From Tubulanus polymorphus (taxonomy: Eukaryota > Animalia > Nemertea), in assembly GCF_964204645.1 (NCBI RefSeq), contig NC_134030.1:20296210-20360209 (forward strand): DNA of 64,000 nt. Reading direction: 5' to 3'. Position 1 is the stretch's first letter. Each line of letters opens with the position of its first letter. The notes under the pieces were generated by a model. The model did not search any database. It worked only from the letters and a program-made list of their open reading frames with translations, and was not told where the DNA came from. Positions 28,201 to 38,420 of this stretch are shown in pieces. The translations under genes and the position numbers were made by a program.

Positions 28201-28297
28201 GTGTAGGCTTACACATTACAAAAATTCGTCTAGAAAACTCACCGATTAGCTGAACAGATAATCCTAAAACGACTGACAATATCAGTAAGGCGCGCAT
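99..28297 (-). CDS. NCAM/Fasciclin-2-like Ig-superfamily cell adhesion molecule, 5' part (signal peptide, Ig1, Ig2, first half of Ig3); continues beyond the window start
   Basis: Exons with GT-AG sites and matching phases: 28243-28297 (MRALLILSVVLGLSVQLI, signal peptide); 9570-9729 (DSLKLQILPSGNVVRPVNEAFAFTCKALNVDSGTDPQLAWFDPDSQQITSTDR); alternative 8444-8589 or 6104-6246; 1716-1868 (KITWDDCAREQHPAIYQDGLIRCVVSGSPAPQVTWSY...); 787-924 (DRYQIGNKGLSIKNMTEADNGIYTCTAEV...); 99-214 (PPKITMKP...VTIVCEATGKPLPKFALYR). Each Ig domain is split over two exons and shows C...W...D-x-G-x-Y-x-C motifs, as in NCAM/Fas2. Confidence 0.85.
350..735. repeat. Dispersed repeat with an internal duplication; inverted relatives at about 49870-50110 and 63880-63965
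   Basis: ccacttcgctttgtttaagcattg...gagtggtttgcgcgtgaacgcgctc occurs twice here and as the reverse complement at about 49933-49990. Confidence 0.7.
1290..1455. mobile_element. Small MITE with terminal inverted repeats
   Basis: gggatcattcatttattacgt ... acgtaataaatgaatgatcccc. Confidence 0.75.
2562..2702. mobile_element. Palindromic MITE of about 140 bp; other copies at about 12127-12268, 50523-50663 and 50862-51350
   Basis: TIR ggggccrg.t.catagtc ... gacta/gtg(g/c)aac.ggcccc, with internal 'acttaagaccagtctaag' subrepeats shared among copies. Confidence 0.75.
3398..3950. repeat. Tandem repeat, 58-bp unit, about 9.5 copies
   Basis: Unit catgttcgaataccgtacaggctcaaacc(t/a)ttcagcgcgtctacaccgcagtgcga(t/a)g. 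Confidence 0.95.
6104..6246 (-). CDS. Alternative exon B for the C-terminal half of Ig1
   Basis: tcgacag|GTAT...TACA|gtaagt; 143 nt, phase 2 to 1; YLETNAGDKTVLKLIFYPVSEMDYGTYMCRSKTFRNVRPESALMIIY. Confidence 0.85.
6394..6443. repeat. (TA)n microsatellite
   Basis: Read directly from the sequence. Confidence 0.95.
7719..8190. repeat. Diverged tandem repeat, about 77-bp unit, 6 copies
   Basis: Unit ggatcctcacttgcc...gcagt(t)agttgatgtcctactgcaca(c/g)tagcgacacct(a/g)gt. Confidence 0.9.
8444..8589 (-). CDS. Alternative exon A for the C-terminal half of Ig1
   Basis: catacag|GACG...TACA|gtaagt; 146 nt, phase 2 to 1; TLKQNAGELTVLKLIFYPVTMDDGGTYKCRSLRGGGVTTEVQQELFIY. Confidence 0.85.
10111..10406. 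mobile_element. Non-autonomous piggyBac-type MITE of about 280-295 bp, representative full copy
   Basis: TTAA-CCCTTTCAGTGC ... GCACTGAAAGGG-TTAA. Other full copies: 10830-11108, 20316-20593, 53709-53996, 55783-56074, 56535-56830, 57469-57763, 62330-62617. Partial or degenerate copies near 5330-5530, 8947-9261, 9848-9990, 26916-27182, 59280-60064 and 60262-60945. A TTAA duplication with CCC termini is the piggyBac signature. Confidence 0.88.
14490..15400. repeat. Tandem repeat, 41-bp unit, about 22 copies, inside a degenerate piggyBac-type MITE copy
   Basis: Unit tacaga(t/c)accactattg(c/a)atctaccctgcagta(c/t)ggtgtat; MITE remnants lie on both sides (14365-14430, 15530-15655). Confidence 0.92.
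15651..16458. mobile_element. Non-autonomous DNA transposon of about 800 bp, Kolobok-like; diverged copy at 21044-21852
   Basis: ttaaAGGCCGAGGAG...CTCCTCGGCCTttaa; the second copy is ttaaAGGCCCATTGG...CCAGTGGGCCTttaa; internal sequences are collinear. A TTAA duplication with AG/RR termini fits Kolobok. Confidence 0.7.
17145..17690. repeat. Minisatellite, 27/31-bp units
   Basis: agatagtgt(a/c)aatgtagtccagtctac(agtc). Confidence 0.92.
18230..19035. repeat. Satellite, 109-bp unit, about 7 copies; a second array of the same unit at 25063-25353
   Basis: Identical repeat-derived ORFs recur every 109 nt; the same unit is present at about 25.1-25.3 kb. Confidence 0.95.
19518..19880. repeat. Minisatellite, 29-bp unit, about 12 copies
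   Basis: gcagggatcctg(g/c)aagaactcaaggagtc. Confidence 0.93.
23659..24379. mobile_element. TIR element (hAT-like ends) containing a 56-bp tandem repeat of about 10 copies (23740-24290)
   Basis: cagggctgccaa ... ttggcagctctg; unit tgttcaaat(t/c)aatcagtaatcaacagtaagaccctcagtaacatctttcatatttc. Confidence 0.7.
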
Positions 28298-28703
28298 CCT
28301 GACGAGAACTGGCTCTGTTGTAAACAACCACCTCAGGATCTTAATAAATCCCAGAATCTGATGAGAGTTTCATAGCAAACCGAAGCGCATCGCCGATCAA
28401 TAACCAGTCCATCCGCTAACAATATAATTCTAACCATCAATTCTTTCCCCGCTCGATTTAGTAGACTTTACTGATCGAAATCAATTCTCATATCTTATAT
28501 CTTGTGTTTTTGTATGTTTTAGGGGCTTCGATCATAGATTTTCGGAGATTTATTTAAGGTCGAATCGATACGCGAAATCAATTCAATCCAACGCAGATTT
28601 ATTAACGACGCGCACTACTTGCGATAATGAATCCGCGTCAGTGACTAAACGAGTACCCGCCCAGCCATTATGAAACCAGTCATTGCTCAATGGCGTTCGA
28701 ATC

Positions 28704-28706
<3 letters not shown>

Positions 28707-28800
<94 letters not shown>
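28707..28800. repeat. (TA)n microsatellite upstream of the first exon of the NCAM-like gene
   Basis: Read directly from the sequence. Confidence 0.95.
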
Positions 28801-28802
<2 letters not shown>

Positions 28803-29584
28803 ACGGGGCTAGTCACGACAGCTTGGGGCCTATAATCAAAGATATGACCAGTATCCTAGTCCCCTATAAAAAAGAGTTTACCCTTTTATGATGGATTTCT
28901 TTTTATAGGCGCTACTAGGATACTGGGTCATTGATTTTGGCCCCAGCTGAGACGAGAGATTCGAATTCAAGATTTGTTAACAGTAGCAGCCTCGTAAACT
29001 CTTTGACTTCTTGGAAATTCTTTTTGGAATTGTGTAATAAATTTCGCTATAAAATGTTTTAATCTTTTAAATTTTGTTGGGTTTTATAATTTTATATCAT
29101 ATGATTACTTCAAAGATGGCTGTTTTATTTTATCTATGCCAACGAACTTGCGGATACGATCCCCGCTTTGTTTGTTTTCAAAATTTCAATTTCAAGAAGA
29201 TTCGGGGAAATGCTCGTTTAATGCTCGGTGAAAATGGCATGAAGTACATGGCATAGGCCCGGCCTAGTTACTAATTTAAAAAGAATCTGTTGATTTCAGA
29301 TGGCCGCCTGTCATTGGTAATTATATACTAAATAAAAGTTAATTATGATGATTTTTCCTAAGATAGTTTATATATGAACGGTCTCTTCTATTTTGGCGTG
29401 GTCGTCTTATCGGTGACACAAAAGGCCCGATCCGTGCGGCCCGGCGATCCGTGCGGCGACCCGGCAATTTTCATCGAAGAATCTTCTTGCAGAAAATTCA
29501 TTTCAGCTATCCACGTGACCTCCATCGGTGTTACTAGGCATCTATGCCAGCATAGAGCCTCTCAAAATTTTCACCATTTTGTTA

Positions 29585-29982
29585 GGGGCCGTCCATTGAG
29601 AGACATCCACGCTGTAGGGGGAGGGGAATTTAGATTTTTTTGTACTTCTGTAGACAAGGGGGTTCATGGATGCCCACCTTGTTAGGGACATCGATCACTA
29701 GTTAGGGACAACTTTTGTGGATAGGTGAAATCACATGACAATACCTGAACTTTACAAGTTATAATTATAATGCCAGGTTAAGGGAATAAATGTAAATACG
29801 TTGATAAAAGTTAAAATTTTTCATGCTGCATCAAATCATTATCAACTGTGAAACTTCAGGTCCACTGTCCGTCGGACAAGGAGGGTGAGGTCAAGCTGAT
29901 ATGGATTTTATGTGGACATAGGGGGAGAGGGGGTCAGATTTTCCATACTTTCGTGTGTGGACGTCTTTTACTGGACAGCCCC
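29585..29982. mobile_element. PIF/Harbinger-like MITE
   Basis: tta-GGGGCCGTCCA ... TGGACAGCCCC-tta (3-bp TTA duplication). Confidence 0.65.
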
Positions 29983-30531
29983 TTATGTCGATGATAAAAT
30001 TGGTTAGTGTAGCCAATGATAAAACATGACAAAAATCCACAATTATAAGGAGAAGAAAAAATGACTCCGAAAATGGTTTATTTATAGAATATTGATGTAT
30101 TGTTTCTCTCTTGCGCATCGGTTTAAAGTAGACCCGGTCAGCCGCTTATCTGTACATGCATTTCTACAAAGAAAATGACGATCAAGCTACTAATCATAAC
30201 AAACCAGGAAGTTTTAGAAATGAACTGATAACAGATTATTATATCGCAGTTGATCCGACCGATTAGAAGAAACGAGGTATCATTTTATGAGCCTTTAGTC
30301 GAATTCCTGAACGAGTATTTTATAGCTTTTATTCGATACGAATTTTGAAAGTTTTATACAGCTATGTCTATGTGTTTGGACTATCGTTGAATTGGTGTTC
30401 ATCTCTTTTAAGATATTCAGACAAAGCGCTTCCGACCGTTATAGTCATAAGACTTATCCTTAAATCATTCAGAAGGTTTTTGTTTTTGTTGTGATTAACG
30501 TTTACGCCGATAGACGGCGAACTAGTCGCGT

Positions 30532-32762
30532 TTATTCGTGCGGAAATTTATAGTAATCCCAAACGCTTCGGACCAAATCCATATCTGCGGCTTCCCAGAA
30601 AATCAATTCGTCGATGATTAGCGGAGTAGGATTTTGATCATCGCTGGGTTGAATACCGACAGTCAACCGATAGAAGTCGTTCGTGCATTTCCACGCTATA
30701 TCGTTTTGTTCAACGGTTATTCCCGAAGTAGCGTTCGTCCACATTCGCGGCCGATCGCTCCACGCGACGGTCACGTGAACCCAACCGACCCCGACGGGGC
30801 TCGAACTGGAAACGGCTATTTTTCTGATGGTCGTCCCGTTCACGCAATAACGGTTCCTCATTAGTATGTAACCGCCGTGCTGATAAACGGAGAAGACGCC
30901 GTTTGCCATATAGCGTAAAAACTCGTAATTGACTTGCTGGTCAGTCGTGTACTGTTCGAGCTGTTCGTACACGTATAGCCAAAACATCAACGTGCAACCT
31001 GCGGCGCAGCCTTTCTCGAAATTCCCGTCGAAAAAGCCCGAGAAGTCACCGGCGACTTTTCCGAAAATCATCGAAGTCGAGTTCATTCGCAGCGCGTACT
31101 TTGAGAACGTACCGGCGACCACTTCGTAGTCGGTACCGTTCATCGTGGCGTTTAGTTTGGAGCCGATACAAACCCGGTCGGTGGTTACCGTATCCATCGA
31201 GAAATACTGAGCTGCATCTGTTAAACATCAAGAAAAATTAACTTTTAGAAGTGTCCTGATGGATGCCTTGAAAAATAACGGACCCTCCCTCCCTCCCTCC
31301 CTCCCTCCCTCCCTCCCTCCCTCCCTCCCTCCCTCCCTCCCTCCCTCCCTCCCTCCCTCCCTCCCTCCCTCCCTCCCTCCCTCCCTCCCTCCCTCCCTCC
31401 CTCCCTTATCGTCTGTTCTCCACGTCAGAGTGTGGCTAGTCTACTTCATATTGTCGACAATAAATAATCAATAATAATTAGTAAGTTATATGATATTAGC
31501 ATCAACTAAGTTACGTATTTGGGATTTCTGGTGTAGCCCATTGATGTGGTGCGCATATCCTTTCAAAAATAATGAAATATGTTTAACTGAAAGAAGGCAA
31601 GAATTCACAATTGTAATTGTTATTTTGAAACGCCAATATTGATGACGTAGTGCACATCGACTCACACGGAAACCCATTCTCGCTTGCCAGGGTTTGATTG
31701 CCACACGCCGAAGCTTACGCCAACTCAAGCCCTCTGGCCGTAAACCCTTCATTTGTCTTGGTCTACATTGCCCGCGATTTCTTGGGCGGGTAGATTACGG
31801 CTCGTATAAAGCCAATCAGAGGCGTTGTTTTTTCAGCGGCGTGGCAGATTCACTACGCATCTGATTGGCTAGATATATAGACTAGCTGCCGCTAAGTCGG
31901 CAACCTGTCCACCCAAGAAATTCTGGACAAGTTAAGAAGTCCTAAATAATCCTAATCAAGCTACCCATTTCTGTTAGTCCGCTTACCGCTCGTGTAATAT
32001 TCACAATTTCTACCGAAGAAACTAGTCGTGCATTCAACGCTGCCATCTATCGGATTCTCGTTAACCTATTATGCAAATTTTCAACCATTAGCAAATATAC
32101 CGTACATACGTAATATTCATCGAAGTTGAAATAGGATAAAAACCCACTATGTACAATCGGAAGAATTTAAAATCGAGAATTTATTTCTAAAATGTAAAAA
32201 ACACGACGTTACTTTTTAGAAATAAATTCTCGATTTTAAATTCTTTTAATTGTACATAGTGGGTTTTTATCCTATTACCCGTTCACCACGTTTCTCGTAC
32301 TATAAAGTTGAAATAGTTTGAATTGTGTCTGAAAACATCAAATTTCGATATGAGACAAACCGCAAAATTTCTAAACTTATGAAAAACTATTTAAGTTGTA
32401 AATGATGTACGTAGCTGGTTGAATTGTCGTGTAGTCTGCGTTCTTACCGTTCGTTCGTAAAATTTCGTATCATCCGTGGTGGGTTCGAGTCCCGCACAAC
32501 TCGAGTTGCTAGTCCGCGAGTAATGTCGGCACGTGCGGCTCGTTTTCGAGTAGGTGACTGATTTGCAGCGGTCATCCGCGGCGCATCGACTAAAACAGTC
32601 CCCATATCGACGAGTTTCTTCGAAGTCGTTGATCGAGTGGAAAATCGGGATCTTATCTCTACAATTCGGAGGTCGTTTGAATCGATGTTGCTCAGCCGTG
32701 CATTGAACGCAGTTTGCAAGACTCGTCGTTACAAGCCACAAACAAAGGAACAACGCTAACAT
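30532..32762 (-). CDS. Secreted protein of about 359 aa: signal peptide + PAN/apple domain + truncated EGF-like module + LamG/concanavalin-A-like (pentraxin-like) domain
   Basis: Exons 32448-32762 (MLALFLCLWLVTTSLA...CFSRCAADDRCKSVTYSKTSRTCRHY, PAN pattern), 31987-32065 (VECTTSFFGRNCEY) and 30532-31217 (CTLMFWLYV, WVHVTVAWS, IIDELIFWE). GT-AG sites and phases 0 and 1 are consistent. Confidence 0.78.
31283..31405. repeat. (CCCT)n microsatellite
   Basis: Read directly from the sequence. Confidence 0.95.
32130..32300. mobile_element. Palindromic Penelope-like pLTR remnant (same family as 40030-40155 and 48669-48906)
   Basis: aataggataaaaacccactatgtaca...acacgacgtt and the inverted arm ...tgtacatagtgggtttttatcctatt. 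Confidence 0.65.
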
Positions 32763-34124
32763 ATTGTATACCGGTTCAGATCTTTCTAAAAGCATACCGG
32801 GATATGTATAAATCAATTTGAAATCAATTTTTCTCTATTAGAACAGGCCCTTATCTTTGATTCTTTCAAAAAATAAAAATTCACTTTTAAGTCACTTCGA
32901 CATATGAAAAATAACATACAAAAATAATATGTCAGCAATAGATTATTCGCTAAACAAAGACATTGGAATCTCTTTAGAAGAGAATAAAAAAGAGTTACTA
33001 GGTGGATGTACCCCAAGATAGAATAGTAAGCTTGATAAGGTTTTTTAGATAGTACTGATAAAATAAAAAAATACAAACCCGTAATATCAATTTTTACTAA
33101 GTGATGTTGATGAGAGAAAGAATTTTAGATCCACGCCTCACCGCCCGACTAACAGAATATGAACCACCAGTTTTCGCATGACTCAAAAAGTACCTCAACT
33201 GTTGCCGTTACGCATCTGGTTTTTTTAATAAACAAATGGAAAAAGCATTCACCGTGATAGGACACCGTACTTTGGGTCATAATCTTCTGGCGGTGGTAGG
33301 GTTCAGTATTTTTATCTGTTTTAACGATTATCAAAAACGCAACCCCGGTAAATATAGAATAATACACCTTCAGCTTAATGGAGTGTTAGCTGGATATACG
33401 TATATGAGGGTAAAGGGCTTCAGTGTGTTTTGTATATGCAGTGAAAGTCCTCGATTGAAATGCCACTTATCATGGGACAAAAAAAAAATCATGGAATTTA
33501 GCGTAAGAATGAATGATATTTCCATTGGATTTGAGTTGGTTTGAGCAGATTTGTTTTCTGAAAAATGTTCGTTATAACGGACTTTGACAGTATTTACAGA
33601 ATTCCGATATTTCCCAGGGTTGAATCCAGAAAATTAGACTCAGGGGCAAGGCATCCAAAGCGTTGTAACATGTTCATGTTACACGAAAAATGAGCAACGT
33701 ACGAGGTGAAAAGCCTTTTTGATGGGTTATCCCCCCCCCCATGATAATTTTCGAAGAACGTGAGAGTGATGTCACACAAAAATTGGCCCGCAATAATTTG
33801 CCATTTTTTGTGCAAGTTCATAAAATTGTTGGCAAAAGATCCCGGGCTTCCCTTAAAAATCCATCCAGTTTTATCCACGAGCTTTTCAAAATCGGTCTCG
33901 TAAGCTCGCGAGGGTGTGGTAGAGGCTAGCTGTGTTTCAATCTATCGAACGATGAGGTGGGACTCAAACGGAGCTCGGTAACTTTTACATAAAAAATGAT
34001 GATGTAGAAAACAAATAAACTGAAATACTGTTGTGTTAAAAAGAGGAACCATTAAACTAGAAAAGACCGGTTGGTCGAATTGGTTCTTTTGAGTAAGATA
34101 TATCCTCATCACTTGGGAATGCTT

Positions 34125-34512
34125 CCCTCCTCAGCCTCTCCATCTGCATCGTGTCTCCATCTCCGCCTGCCTATCCTCTCCCTCTCTGTCTCCCAGTCCA
34201 TCTCCCCTCCCTCTCGTTCCATCTCCATCTTTCTCATCCTCATCTCCCTCGCTGCCTCCTCCTTCTTCTTCCATCCGTATGCCTCTCCGTCTCGATCTCC
34301 GTCAGCCTGCTCCGTCTGCCTCTGGGTGTCCGTCTCCCTCCACATCCCCATCTCCCTCTTCGTCATCTTATCTGCCCCGCCTACCACTCTGCCTCCCTCT
34401 CCATCTCCGGCTCCGTCTCAATCTCCATCTCCCTCCCTATCCCCATTTCCCTCCCCATCCCCATCTCCCTCCTAGACATCCTCTCTGTCTCCCTCTCCGC
34501 CCCGTCTCCCAT
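34125..34512. repeat. Pyrimidine-rich low-complexity tract
   Basis: Degenerate CCATCT/CCGTCT-like repeats. Confidence 0.85.
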
Positions 34513-34837
34513 CAAATGAATATATTGGGAGTTATACTCTTGCATCATGGCAACGAATTGAATTCGCGCAAACTTTTACCGACCTGCTCGAAATGTTGCA
34601 ATGTCGACATTTACAAATGCATCCTTCTTGTACAACGAACTAATTTAACTAAATATAAATTATGTCTGACTCGATAATAGAATTTGACAAAATTCTGAAT
34701 CTATTGTGCAAAACTTTCTCAGAATCGATTTCTAATTTGACGCGAACAATATAAATTGTCGGCTTCTACATCTAAGACGTGGATTTTAAATTAGCGTTGA
34801 TATCGATACCGTATCGTCAATGATATTATTGTGAGTC

Positions 34838-35785
34838 ATGAATTCTTCTCAGATGCAGATCGGACGACCTTACAACAGTTACATCGTCCTCATGTCTTTG
34901 GAAAACAGGTCTGGAAGCTACCGTACGCTTTCGTTTGCCATACTGTTCATTTTATTCCTGTTAGGAGCCTTCGGGAATTCGACTACCTTCCTGATAATGA
35001 TAAGTCGTAGATTCCGCGGACTATCTTACGCTAACTATCTGATCGTGTTGTCCGCGAGTGATTCGCTGTACTGCGTAAGTCTAACTTTGATGCCCGTTTT
35101 ACAGTTCGTCCTCTTGCACGTGGACGCCGGTCCCGTATATGTGATGACTTCGTTGATCAGTTGTAAAATCTATGAATTTTTCATGGAGCTTGGCGGCACC
35201 AATAGTTCGTGGTTGATAGTAGCTGTGTCATTAGAACGCGCGGCGGTTGTTCTCTTCCCGTTCACATCTCGTTTGATATGTACACCGAGATTCGCTAGAT
35301 TTACTATAATGACGATTACTACAGTAAATGCACTGGTAATATATCTCACACCTGCTTTGGTGTTACATTTCTCCAAGTTTCTCGGATGTTTCCACGAACT
35401 TCGTGATCAAATCATGTTTTTCACCATAATCGTCATCTACGCTAATCTTATACCTTTAACGTTGATCGTCACGTCGAATTCTGTAATAATAGTTCAGTTA
35501 TTCAGAGGTTCAAAAATGGTTTCGTCCGATCAGAAAACGACAAAATCAAAACGTACGACAATAATGCTCGTAACAGTTTCACTCGCATTTGCAGTTTTCA
35601 CACTTCCGTCTTGTATTACTACATTTTTATCGATTTCACCGGAACAGAGAGAATCGCTACTCGACATATTCACTCAATTCCATGTTTGTAACTTTGTGGT
35701 AAATTTCTACATATATCTTCTACTTGGGCGTGAAATTCGTGAATATTTCTGTATGAAATTCTGTCGGCGAAATTCAGTCAAATAA
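34838..35785 (+). CDS. Intronless rhodopsin-family (class A) GPCR, peptide-receptor-like/chemoreceptor-like, 315 aa
   Basis: Seven hydrophobic segments; GN in TM1, LSASD in TM2, Cys at the top of TM3, ERA in place of DRY, FTLP in TM6, NFYIY in place of NPxxY. Confidence 0.92.
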   Translation: MNSSQMQIGRPYNSYIVLMSLENRSGSYRTLSFAILFILFLLGAFGNSTTFLIMISRRFRGLSYANYLIVLSASDSLYCVSLTLMPVLQFVLLHVDAGPVYVMTSLISCKIYEFFMELGGTNSSWLIVAVSLERAAVVLFPFTSRLICTPRFARFTIMTITTVNALVIYLTPALVLHFSKFLGCFHELRDQIMFFTIIVIYANLIPLTLIVTSNSVIIVQLFRGSKMVSSDQKTTKSKRTTIMLVTVSLAFAVFTLPSCITTFLSISPEQRESLLDIFTQFHVCNFVVNFYIYLLLGREIREYFCMKFCRRNSVK

Positions 35786-36061
35786 CCGTTCGACCCCACT
35801 ATTTGCTGGTTACGGTGAAAAAGTGTCCTCGTCAATTTTCACAATTTCAAATAAACATCGAACTTCGGACGATTAAAATTCTTTTACCGCAAGTAATCAT
35901 TGGATGTTTAATGTTTGTTTTTTTCTAAATTTCTACACAAATCACACCATACACATGCAGTGTTTTAGAGATATCTTCGCGCTTTTTTGCGCTTCTCGAA
36001 TTGACTTCAAATTGAAAGTAAAATTCTTTCTAAAAGCTTCATTAAATGCAACTTTTTCATT

Positions 36062-36110
36062 CACCTGATGAAACTATTATATACATTAGTAGCCAAAGCT
36101 TGTACGTCAA
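36062..36110 (+). ncRNA. Degenerate minimal hammerhead ribozyme (Penelope pLTR type); a second degenerate copy at 37151-37194
   Basis: cac-CTGATGA-stem-cCAAA-gctt and cac-CCGACGA-agctacta/tagtagc-GAAGAAA-gctc-gtg; each has a mutated core. Confidence 0.5.
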
Positions 36111-37395
36111 ATAAATTAGTTAACCTATAAAGTACTATCCGTCTCGCTGTGAATCGCTAGTGTAAGCTTATGCGTCAAATAAACTACTGTCTGTCACACA
36201 TGCTCTTCGTACGACGTTTTGGTCCGTAATTTCGTTAATAATCGGTTGATCTGTAAATATTATGCATCAATTTGTTCAGTAAGGAATTTGCATTCAAAAA
36301 TAAATCATGAACTGGCATAAATTTGCTTGTGTTTTCATCTATCGGCTATAGATTACCTAGCATACGCTCGCGTAATGCTGAAAAACGGCTTTTATGGCCC
36401 GTCACGTGGCGCCACCTACTGTATTTTGATATGCTAATGAGCAGGTGATGACGTCACTGTAACGTCTCCGAGCGTCCGAAACCTATACAATACAATCAGT
36501 TTCGTTGTATTTATTCTAAACCAGATTTAAAACGGCTACTCTCTGCGAATCTGCAAGTGTTCTGCAATAAACCAGTGCTTCAGTCCGATAGATTCTTGTA
36601 CCGGATTTAGATTTACTGGTTTTACAAACATGTCTGTCTCTGTTCGCCCTCTATTACCACAACGTCTGATAAACAAACCGCAAATAAATCAACGTTTTTC
36701 GCAAATAACTTTTCTAATTGATACCGTTCGTGTACTTAATTCGCACAAAACAAGTAGAGCTTAGGCTAAACAAAAATGATACCTTGTTTCTCCGCAGCGG
36801 CCGGGTCATTTTTGTAAAATATGATAAAATTTATAAACAGTTCATTTCTATAGCGGCCGGGTCTGTTATGGTAAAATTGATCACGATTTTAAAAAAAGTA
36901 ATGTATATGGTAGATAGGCGGCCGGCCGGGTCAACATTTAAGCTCAGCAGAGCGGAGAAACAAGGTATCAATTTTTTTTTGCCTCATAAGCGTGATATAA
37001 AATTCTAAAATAGTCGTGACCGTTTTTCCGCCAAATCAACCACGCATCAAAACAACTAGAAATCCAACTTCACCGATGCCTTGAAGAATAACGCATATAA
37101 AACGAAAATAGTTTTTCATTTCTTACCAGTACTATAACCAGTGATCCGTTCACCCGACGAAGCTACTATTCATTAGTAGCGAAGAAAGCTCGTGCGTCAA
37201 ATGAAATAGTTAGCAAGTACTACTAGTTTCGTTATTTAACACCAGGCTACATCTACGAATCTACTTATAATCGGGTTGATGACGACGTCACCGTTAGTTG
37301 TCGAATAAACACTATAATCCGTGTAAACTGTAGATAAATGAAGAAATCCCACACTTCGAATTTGAAATTATACTATCAAATTTATTATAATGAAA

Positions 37396-37437
37396 CCACA
37401 ACGTTTCGGCTGTTGACTAACAGCCATCATCAGGTGG
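37396..37437 (-). ncRNA. Minimal type I hammerhead ribozyme with an intact core
   Basis: Minus strand reads CCAC-CUGAUGA-U-GGCUGUU(AGUC)AACAGCC-GAAAC-GUU-GUGG: stem I 4 bp, stem II 7 bp, palindromic loopless stem III. Confidence 0.8.
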
Positions 37438-37769
37438 AATGACCAGGAAAACAAGTAACAAAGCATATTAACTCACAGGATCTAGAATAGAAGCAGTGTG
37501 TCAAAACTAAAGATAAACAGACCAAGCAATAAAACGCCACCGTTATTATTCTTATTAATCACTCTTACACAACCGGATGTGCTCAGTAGGACGTTTAGTT
37601 TTACACTGAACAACTAGCCAATCAGCGCTCACCGCTGGATAATTAGTCAACAGATCAACAAGCGTCCTGATTGGTTTCCCGTTGGGAGCATATAGCTTGT
37701 ATAAATAGCGCTCACGTACTCATAGTTTTAACTGCTCTACGTTAGACACCAGTCCGTACCAGTAACGCT

Positions 37770-38420
37770 ATGATGGAAACGAACACTTTTACCGATGATG
37801 ACCGATTGCCGAATATCGACGAACCGAACAGCCCGGCTTCTACGATACCGGAACCCGCAACGAGTTCCCCAACACCGGATCTACCGCCGCCTCAACTCAG
37901 CGCAGTATTCCGGATGTACGAGGACAGCCATCGAAGAATGCATCAACACCGAGAGCAGGCGTCTTTCCTCAACATCTGCTTGATCGCCGAACAGATTCCG
38001 CGAGAATACGAAATTCACCTGCCGCTGATCCGAGTTATGGAATCGGATGAGAACCCTGAACTCGCTGCGGAATGGTCCGAACAGCTCCGTCGGACGAGCT
38101 TAGATCTGATGAGGATATCGTTACGCCACCACGAAGCTATGGGCGATGAGAATTGGAGAAGAGCCGGAGTGATAGGCTCCGAAATCCTGAAACTTCTAGG
38201 AACTTCCGAGAGACAGCTTGAAGAAGCAGAGTCTCTGACCACAAGAACAGATGCAGACGATGCAGACGAGCCGCAGTCTAGACAAACAGCAACCAGAGGT
38301 CGCCACAAGTCTGGTGGCCGCTCGTTTTACCGTCGCAGATCGAACAGACGTGGTCGTCGGGAGTGATTTCACTTACTGATACTACAATCAATATCTCTAA
38401 TCAGCCCTTGTCAGGGCTAC
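37770..38420 (+). mobile_element. 5' coding remnant of a Penelope-like retroelement: 198-aa ORF plus the start of the RT-proximal N-terminal region
   Basis: H..FL..C....IP....W...L...S..LM....HH pattern and Arg-rich tail, followed by TINISNQPLS (resembles VINLSxxxLT); flanking hammerheads; no RT or GIY-YIG domain is seen. Family assignment is from recalled motifs. Confidence 0.6.

Noticed and set aside
34071-34677. Ser/Pro-rich and Glu/Arg-rich ORFs
   Set aside because: They arise from a low-complexity CT tract
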